A stretch of DNA of 59,421 nucleotides, counting the filler, from Sphacelaria rigidula (Eukaryota): the NCBI GenBank assembly GCA_964200075.2. It is 9 parts of 9 records of this genome, joined end to end, with 100 filler letters (N's around TTAATTAATTAA, not from the genome) between each part and the next. Parts side by side here need not be neighbours in the genome. Positions count along the whole stretch, not along the records: positions 46,296 to 52,808 come from CAXNAA020019621.1; positions 52,909 to 59,421 come from CAXNAA020019622.1; 7 more parts are not named here. One strand, given 5' to 3'. This document shows, piece by piece, positions 52,029 through 59,421 of this stretch. Both the position numbers and the translations under genes were made by a program. Under the pieces are notes generated by a model. That model was not told the DNA's origin. It saw only the letters and a list, made by a program, of their open reading frames with translations, and ran no database searches. The stretch's first letter is position 1. The number at the start of each line of letters is the position of its first letter.

Positions 52029-52348
52029 TACGGTAGCGCAGTACCTGGTGGGGTATATATTTTACCCCTTGATCTATGCACACCAAAACAACTGGGTCGG
52101 CTGCCTGCAAGCTGAGCGCTGCGGGCGTGCTTTGTGTCGGCTCTCTTGAGCGCGCGCCGATTCAAAAAACGGTGTTGGTTGGACCGGCGGTTCTGCACAG
52201 ATGTACTTTCTGGCTCGGGGAAACTGGTTTTACTCGGCGGGCCGGCTCTGTCAAGATCGCTACTTTCCATCTGGACCATAGATACTTTATTCGACTGAAA
52301 ATCATGCTGATTCAACACATGACCTAGGACGATTTTCTCAGAAAAAGG

Positions 52349-52667
52349 TTAACCCCTACTAGACCGTGATGCGGGTGGTCCATCTGGGTCACACATATTT
52401 TTCTCAAGTATAGTTGATGCCGATTCCGTAAGTGACCTGCCCTTGCGGTCAAAGGGTTAACCCTTGGACGCGGAGAGATGTTCATCTGGTGAATCGGCAC
52501 CAATTTCACTCGAAAAAAACATGCATGATACGAATAGACTCCCCCCCTCGCGGTCTACGGGTTAATCCTTGGACCGCGAGGTTAGTCTTCTGTTGAATCG
52601 GCATCAATTTCAAGTGAAAAAAAGTATGCGTGATCCAGAAAGACTAATCTCGCGGTCTAAAGGTTAA
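52349..52667. mobile_element. Array of three ~100-bp piggyBac-like MITEs joined at shared TTAA sites
   Basis: TTAA at 52349, 52457, 52562 and 52664. Units of 104/101/98 bp with CCCTT-GACCGCG...CGCGGTC-AAGGG-like termini; orientations -,+,+. Confidence 0.8.
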
Positions 52668-53673
52668 CTTGTCCGTGCCGGCCGAAATGCCCCGGCTGAA
52701 CAAATCGGCTCGCTGTGTGTGTGTTGCCATCCCCTCTATTCTGGGTGCCAGTTTCCGGTGGCTCAGTTGGTAACCTCGTAACCTTCTGATGGTTGAGTTG
52801 TGGGGTTCNNNNNNNNNNNNNNNNNNNNNNNNNNNNNNNNNNNNNNNNNNNNTTAATTAATTAANNNNNNNNNNNNNNNNNNNNNNNNNNNNNNNNNNNN
52901 NNNNNNNNCGGTGTCAGGCAGTATGGATGAGCGTTATTGATCTACGACACGCTTGTTCGAACAACCGTCGTTGCTTTCAACGACAATCTGACTCGACATT
53001 TCGAGCAACAAATGGCCCAAAATCCCCCCCCCCCCAATCGTAGGATGACTCCTAAGATCACGTTAACGACGAGAAAACCACAGAATTCCGGGGCTAAGAC
53101 TAACCGCGGGAAAAGCTCGTCATGAAATCGGAAGGATGGGCAAAACCTGGGTTTCAGGAAAAAGCCTCATCGCTTGGGGAAAAACTCTCTCACGCCCTTT
53201 CGATTCATAGCGAATGCTTTCGCATGTGCTATGTCGTCCCAGGATCCCAGTTACACTGGGAACAGAAACCACGGAGAATAGCCGGTGACTATTTTCCGAT
53301 GGTAATGGCGCTTAGACACCATTGATTGATTTACAATCCCATGTAGTGTAGGACTGGCAAAAAGAGCTGGCCTACTGAAAAAAAAACAAGAAAGCGCTTA
53401 CTGGTTGATGGGAGTGCGTAGGCGTTTCTCTCACCGACCAGCAGCAACTGACCTACTGGACACCTGGGGACTCCTATATATCAGATCAACAGTTATGTCA
53501 TGGTACAGTGTCCAAGCAGGTACTCGGTGCCCCCCCTTTTTGTACACTGCTTCCTCCACGATATGAATTGCTCTACTCGAAAGGAGTGGGGCACCCTAAA
53601 ATCGGATCAACGTTCTCCGAGGACGAAGAAACGTGATGAACGAACCGGGTACATGAAACAAAGGGTAGGATCA

Positions 53674-53960
53674 CACGGGTGGCCACTGGAGTCTGTAACC
53701 TGGCCATTTTGGGACCTCATCCACCTTCGGTAAGGTCCGCGGTTTCGGTGGACAACTGAAGAGCATTCGCACAGCATGGGCAGGTTCGCAACAAAGCATG
53801 TTCCAGTCTACAGGGCCCGCCTATAGACTGGGACATGTTTTGTTTTGATCCTGTCCATGCTGTGCGAATGCTCTTCAGTTGTCCACCTAAACCGCGGACC
53901 TTACCAGAAGTGGATCAGGTCCCAAAATGGCCAGGTTACAGACCCCAGTGGACACCCGTG
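53674..53960. repeat. 287-nt foldback with 141-nt arms and 5-nt loop (hairpin-RNA / pre-miRNA candidate)
   Basis: 53674-53814 pairs with 53820-53960, ~14 mismatches, no indels. Confidence 0.85.
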
Positions 53961-56259
53961 CAGGTCTGACAAAACCAAGGAATAAATAATCTCCATGGAA
54001 TGCAAGACCGGGATAATAAAAACAAAGAGCGGAACAAGATCAACTCCGCGAAACGGTGGAGAGGAGAAGAGAAACCGAAAAATAGTGCTGGAGGAACGAA
54101 CCAGGCCCACAACAAAGGAGAAGAGGAGAAAGGAAACTGAAACATGAAGGGAAACTAGGAAGGACATACCATGTCCCTAGTACGGAAAACACAATTCATG
54201 AAACATGAAAGCAATTAAATAATGAAAAAATTCAAAGGACTGGCACGAGAAAGAGGATCAGGTCCTACGAAATCAAGAGAAACCAGAACGGTTGAGGGAA
54301 AATGAACAAATGGAATCCAGATGGAAAATCGAACAGAGAAAACAAACATGAGAGTCTGAGGAGGAAGTTCTGATCCGAAAAAAACGAGGCAAACAAATCG
54401 AGAAGGCGGTCCCCCCAAAACAAATCAAGATCAAACGTTATAAGGTGAGAAAATGAAGCCGGGAACGATACAAGGTATATAACCAAGCTTATGATCAACG
54501 GGAAGACACGAATGAAAACAGACCCGAAGAGAGTAGAAAAAAAGTAAATACTGAACAGCTATTCCAATGAAGAAAAAGGTACAGTACTGAACTACTGCTC
54601 ATTACTATATAAAAAATCCGAATGCAAATACAAAGCGCTGCTCGCTCGTGTCATGCACCACAAAACGGTCTCTTGCTTTCCTCCGTACAATATTGATGCT
54701 TTTCTCTGCTTCGCTTGCTCAATGCCATCGGCTCGCTCGTCTCGACCACTTGCTGGAGCTCTTCACTTGAAGACTCCGCGCAGTCTTCATCGTCTCATCA
54801 CTCTTCCGAAGCGTTCACCGTCGTCGAACACTTGTCCTTCTTGCTGAGCTCCGTCAAAATCCTCTCGGAATGCGAAACCTATAGGAAACAAGGTCAGAAC
54901 ATCCCTGCGCGACAGAGAGACATGACGTGATCGGCCGGGGTAGCATACTTAATGCCTTGGCTGGGGGGGCAGATGCCAAAGGGCGTGGAACCCGTCCACT
55001 CGGGAAGCATCAGGCTTTCCAGGACTCTGCTTCCTGGTAGCCTTTCTGGCATTGCTTCATTCTGGGCCTTTGCTCGCTATGTCCAACCTGTATTTTTTCT
55101 GGATTTAGACTCGCGACGGTGTTTCAGGGTGAGGAGGTAGGGTGTGGGGTTTTGAAGGTTGGCGTCGCCTCGAAGTCTGGTGTTCAACGAAACTAAGCGG
55201 ACCCGTCAGCGGTTGAATCTCAGGTGGGGCGGGTAACGGTATGTGGTTCGACCTATGGCGGGCTATCTTGCGCGTACGTATTTTGTATCCTTGCATCACG
55301 ACCTCCAGACCGCGTGCCGTCATCTATCCTTGCCGATTTTCCATGTACCGTGTACTAGTGCTGCAGTTTCCTGCCGTCGCCACCCCGACATTGAGATCTC
55401 ACCTTCCGGACCCATCACCAGTCTTACCTCGCATAGGTGCTATTCGCACTGTTATACGAAAGGGTCCAGTTATATACTCAGTTCCGCTTTTTTTTATATA
55501 AGCGAAAGTCAGCTTAGATATATGCGTGGTTTTACGTTGACACGACAACTCCGGGAGGGGAGGAGCGTGTCAAGCAATGTGCGCTTGGTTCAAGGAGCCA
55601 ATGAAACATGTTGACCCCAAATGACTTGCGAAGTTCTGACAACGTATCCAATAGCCATCCTCCAGATCTTACGACTGCGTACTTACCGCATGGAGGATCT
55701 GACGCTTCGGAAAGTAATGCCTTCTTTCAATCCCTTGCCCAAATGGGTGACTACCTCCACGCTAAACCCTTCGCCTCTGTTCCGCGAATCTTATGAGGGG
55801 GACCGGAGGTTAGGCACATTCTGCAGGGGCACTGACTACCCCGTTGACTTGTTTTGAAGGCTGTGGAAAATCAATTGGGGATCGAGAAGCGAGGTCAAGT
55901 GCCTGCACATGTATGTGTATGTGAGTGCAACATCACCTCAATTGTCGGCAAGTTGATCACCTCGTCCCATGGGTCTACCGCACGCCCCTACCTGATGGCT
56001 GTTTGGCGGCTGCTTGACCTCTCGGGCCTCCCACAACGGCATGTCAGCACATCTTGCCTGATATCTTTCGTACTTGTTGACGACAGGGGGTGGTCACGCA
56101 TCGTGGAAAGGGCGGCGCCTACTGCTCAATTTTCGAGGGATAATCATAATGTTGGAACCGCCGGCAGGTCCTCAGCATCGATTCCCAGGTATTGCTTTTA
56201 TTTCGTACTCTGATAGCCTCTCACCTACCGTGTCGGCAGTCGTTTTCCCCTCAGGTCCA

Positions 56260-56481
56260 ATAATTATGTGGGGATTTCAGAAACATTTGAAGGATTGCAA
56301 AAACGGATAGACAAGGCGCAAGAATACACTAGGCAATGGAGAGTGACAGCGAAGAAGCGTAATGCGCGCCGGAATGTTGAAAGTGCCTCTATTAGGAGTA
56401 GGAGCGGTGCTTCGTCCCAAAAGGGATGCGTGGTCAAATGGTCAAGCGACTAAGGCAAGCAACGAGTGAGTATACCCCCCC
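56260..56481 (+). mobile_element. Internally deleted copy of the C-tailed LINE
   Basis: RT segment (VGISETFEGLQKRIDKAQEYTRQWRVTA, cf. 20370-20465) is fused directly to the 3' end (cf. 21597-21720). Confidence 0.75.
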
Positions 56482-56688
56482 TCAGATTCGATTGCACCTG
56501 TTCTCGCAAAGGGTCTCGTTGCTGGCGATCAGATTGGATGCGTTGGTAAGGGTCTACAGAGCACGAGCATTCGCCTCTGTGTCCAGTTCGAGGTCTGTCG
56601 GATGAAGTAGGCGTGTCCCCCCCTGCGGAGAGCACTTCGCCTACCTTCGTTCCTTTGCTAACGGTGTGGAATGACCAGTACTCACACC

Positions 56689-57357
56689 TGTTACGGAACC
56701 TTGATCGGTGTTGTTCGGGCGGTCTCGGGTCTACCACTTGGGGAGCTACGTGACGCTACTCGACAAATAAGGCGGCGTTGATTTGCTGCGAATGGAGTAC
56801 AGTACTCTCAAACAAGCGGGTATCCGTAGCTCACCGTTGATGGTGACCAGAACCTGCTTCAGGTCTGTGAAGAACAGCCTGGTGTCCAGAGCCCAGTAGA
56901 ACGCCTACCAGCTCCCGTTTCTCCGATTCACCCACCTGTTAACCGTGCTATAGAGTAGTCCACCTATAGTATCCATCATGTAGATATGCGGCAGATCCTG
57001 GATTGATTGTTTGGAGGATGACTATTGGATGCGTAACATATCGTGTTCGTGAGGGAAGCCCGTGAAGCTTACTTCTGGTTCACGAAGACTGCCGTTTGTA
57101 TAACTGCTTGAAGTCTTGAAATCTCTGGAGCCCGTGACTGGGAGGAAGCCTCTGGAGCAGCACTGAAACCTTGTCCTGATTGCAGGCAGGTTCACAATAA
57201 ACGTTCATTCACAAAACTTGTCGTTTCTAGATTGGGTTTCGGACGTCGCACCCCACTGTTTGTGAAAAGTGAGGACGCTCACGTTGGATAGCCGGGGGGG
57301 GAGGAGCGGCGTAGAGAGAGGCGCAGGCCACACGAATCCAAGGCGACTGCGGTGACA
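56689..57357 (+). repeat. Probable 5' LTR of the Gypsy element
   Basis: Begins TGTTAC and ends GTGACA 16 nt before the gag ATG. TATA-like at ~56949, AATAAA at ~57196. The partner LTR is not in the window, so boundaries are unconfirmed. Confidence 0.55.
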
Positions 57358-57373
57358 GGAGGCTGTTGGAAGG

Positions 57374-58318
57374 ATGGCAGCGTGAAGGAAAGGGGGCACC
57401 AGCAAGACGGTTGATGAGGTGAAGTTTGCAGTAACCGAATTGACCTTGGGTGGATCCTTGAAATTGCCCGAATATGGGCGCGTATTCAGTGAGCAAGCTT
57501 CCAGACGCATTTACCAAACGTATCGCGACTATGAGGAGGCAGTGGGGAAACGTAACCAAGGTCGGTCGGTAAAGTGCGCACTCTTGACCATGCAAGAGTT
57601 GGTGCCAAAGCACATCCAGAACGGCGTGTCTGACACCTTCTTTGACGGGTCACCACTCGACGAAGACGAATTGCAGCAAGGGATTGCACGCCATGCCAAA
57701 TGCTGGATCGATATGGAACTTGCCCCTTCCGAAGCTGCAGCAGGCGTGAAAAAGGCCCTTGCCGCCCGGTCTGAATCAACTGCAATGGGTCGAGTAGAAG
57801 GGCAATGGAGTTCATTACAGGAGTACTTTGCGGAAAACGCAGGTGCCGAGTGCATTTTCCTTGAATCTGGCCGTACGTTCAAGGCTGGTCCAGCACACAT
57901 TATTACCAGAGCTATGGTCGCCGGCCTGACCCCACCTGAGTTCAAGAATAAAGTTCAAAATATACTTTATATGACAAGAGAGTGGAAAGAGAGCCCGAAA
58001 AGGGTTTATGAGGTAGCTCGTGACTTGGCGGAAAAATGGAAAACGGTTGAGGAGGTTGACAAACACCGCCGACAGCCACCGCAACTTGGGCGAAAAAGCG
58101 GCTCACAAGGCTCCAAAAACTTGACATCGCGTGCCGGCGCCGCGGCTGCGGCCGGCGCAGCAGGTACTGGCGGTAAGAGCTGGAAAAAGCCCCACAAACC
58201 TGGTCCGAGCTATGCAGGTTGTTTTGAGTGTGGCGATAAGGGCCACTACAAGAAGGACTGTCCCAAACAGAGCACCCCTGTGGTCGCGGTGAGTGCGTCC
58301 GGTGGGCAAGCAAAGTCG

Positions 58319-58387
<69 letters not shown>

Positions 58388-59421
58388 GTCCATGGTCAGC
58401 GGGGGGGCGGTAAAGGTCCTGCTCCTACACGGGCTGTTTTCCCAGGGGATGGAACGCAAGAGGGTGCGAGTTGTGCGGATAGCATGGTGCCGCCCCCGCC
58501 TTCCGCTCCAGCTCCTGCAGCTCAAACCCAACTGGCGGCGGGACCGGCTCAGGCGTGGACGTCTCAGACAAAGCCGGTATGGCGGGATCTGCACACCGCT
58601 GAGGTTGCGGATTTACAGGCTGAGGGTGTAATAGTTGACCGCACGCAGCGATGCTGCAGGGCAGACTTGTCCGTTCCAGGTTCCGCAGTCAAGAGCGTCT
58701 GCCCTGTTACTGCAGTTTTGGACTCCGGGTCTGGCATCACTACCATGTCTGAAAAAGTGGCGGCCGAGTTGCAAGCAGTGTTCCCTGATGTGTCCGTTGT
58801 CACTAGTATGGCTCGTGCACACCCGGTGAAACTAGCTGATGGTAATGTACGAAGTATGCAGTCGAAGACGTGCCTAGTGCGCACCGCTCTGCACACCAGC
58901 TGGGGGCCGGTGGTGTTGGATCCTTGTCACTATGCGGTCATGCCAGGTGCCGATGATGTGGTAATCCTCGGGAGCGGTACGCTCGAAGCCATGGGCATTG
59001 ACGTGTACAGTGGGTTGGACGCATGCGCACGCTCAAGACACGCGATGGTGAGAGGTGTAGATACGCCTGAATTCCGAGAATGTAGGCGTGTGAGCATTGC
59101 GATTGAGGCGTTACAGGATCCAGGTGGACAAGAGGAGCCTGTGGATCCCTCCGTTGAGCGATTGATATCGCGTGGTCCCGAGATGGACATGACTCCAGAG
59201 GAGGAGCTGGCAGAGCGTCGTGTTGCACTGGATCATGCAGTACAGGCTGCTGCGGACAAGGGTATGTCGGCGAGCGGCGTTGATAAGCTTCGGGAGGTTG
59301 TTGGGCGCCGTGTCAACGCTTTTCGGCGAGCACTGCGCGGTGATCCGCCTGCTCGAGTAGAACCCTTGAAGGTGAGATTCAAACCTGGGGCTAGGGCAGT
59401 CAAGGCGAGCCCGCGGGTGTA
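57374..59421 (+). CDS. Ty3/Gypsy gag-pol polyprotein (Gag, CCHC zinc knuckle, aspartic protease, start of RT); TGA at codon 4; runs off the window
   Basis: One frame is open from 57386 to the end: CFECGDKGHYKKDC (~58219), P12Q10 tract, AVLDSGSGITTM (~58712), VILG, GDPPARVEPLKVRFKPGARAVKASPR. In-frame ATG GCA GCG TGA at 57374. Absent from the ORF track because no stop is reached. Confidence 0.92.

Noticed and set aside
52349..52667. CRISPR-like repeat-spacer array
   Set aside because: The 'spacers' are homologous to one another, one unit is inverted, no cas genes are present and the context is eukaryotic. These are MITE units.
6559..52864. TTAATTAATTAA recurring with ~6.6-kb periodicity as a biological array
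   Set aside because: It is always embedded in 44+44 N and supplies stops in all frames, so it is a synthetic linker.
53496..53971. Solo LTR (TGTCA...TGACA) enclosing the hairpin
   Set aside because: No target-site duplication, PBS or PPT, and a 5-bp terminal match can arise by chance.

Overview
Eukaryotic, transposon-dominated DNA. It is probably from a brown alga or other stramenopile; this is an inference from balanced GC, GT-AG introns, TTAGGG repeats and the repeat families seen. The window is not one locus. It is nine unrelated contigs of 6514/6513 bp, in descending size order, joined by eight artificial 100-bp linkers (N44-TTAATTAATTAA-N44), so nothing can be inferred across a linker. 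Retroelements: a nearly intact Ty3/Gypsy 5' LTR plus gag-protease-RT start with one stop at codon 4 (missed by the ORF track), a chromodomain-integrase remnant, several decayed RTE-like LINEs with (AATC)n tails, a second LINE family ending in C-rich/poly(C) tails, and a tRNA-derived SINE. DNA transposons: an intron-containing hAT transposase pseudogene, a second hAT remnant, and many MITE/foldback elements (TA, TTAA, 3-bp and 4-bp targets). There are two candidate isolated exons. No rRNA, intact tRNA, CRISPR array or complete host gene was found. The most unusual items are a 287-nt indel-free hairpin (miRNA/hpRNA-like), ~100-bp piggyBac-like MITEs stacked in arrays sharing TTAA sites, a 707-bp palindrome that mirrors flanking DNA, and internal palindromes whose arms appear to evolve in concert.
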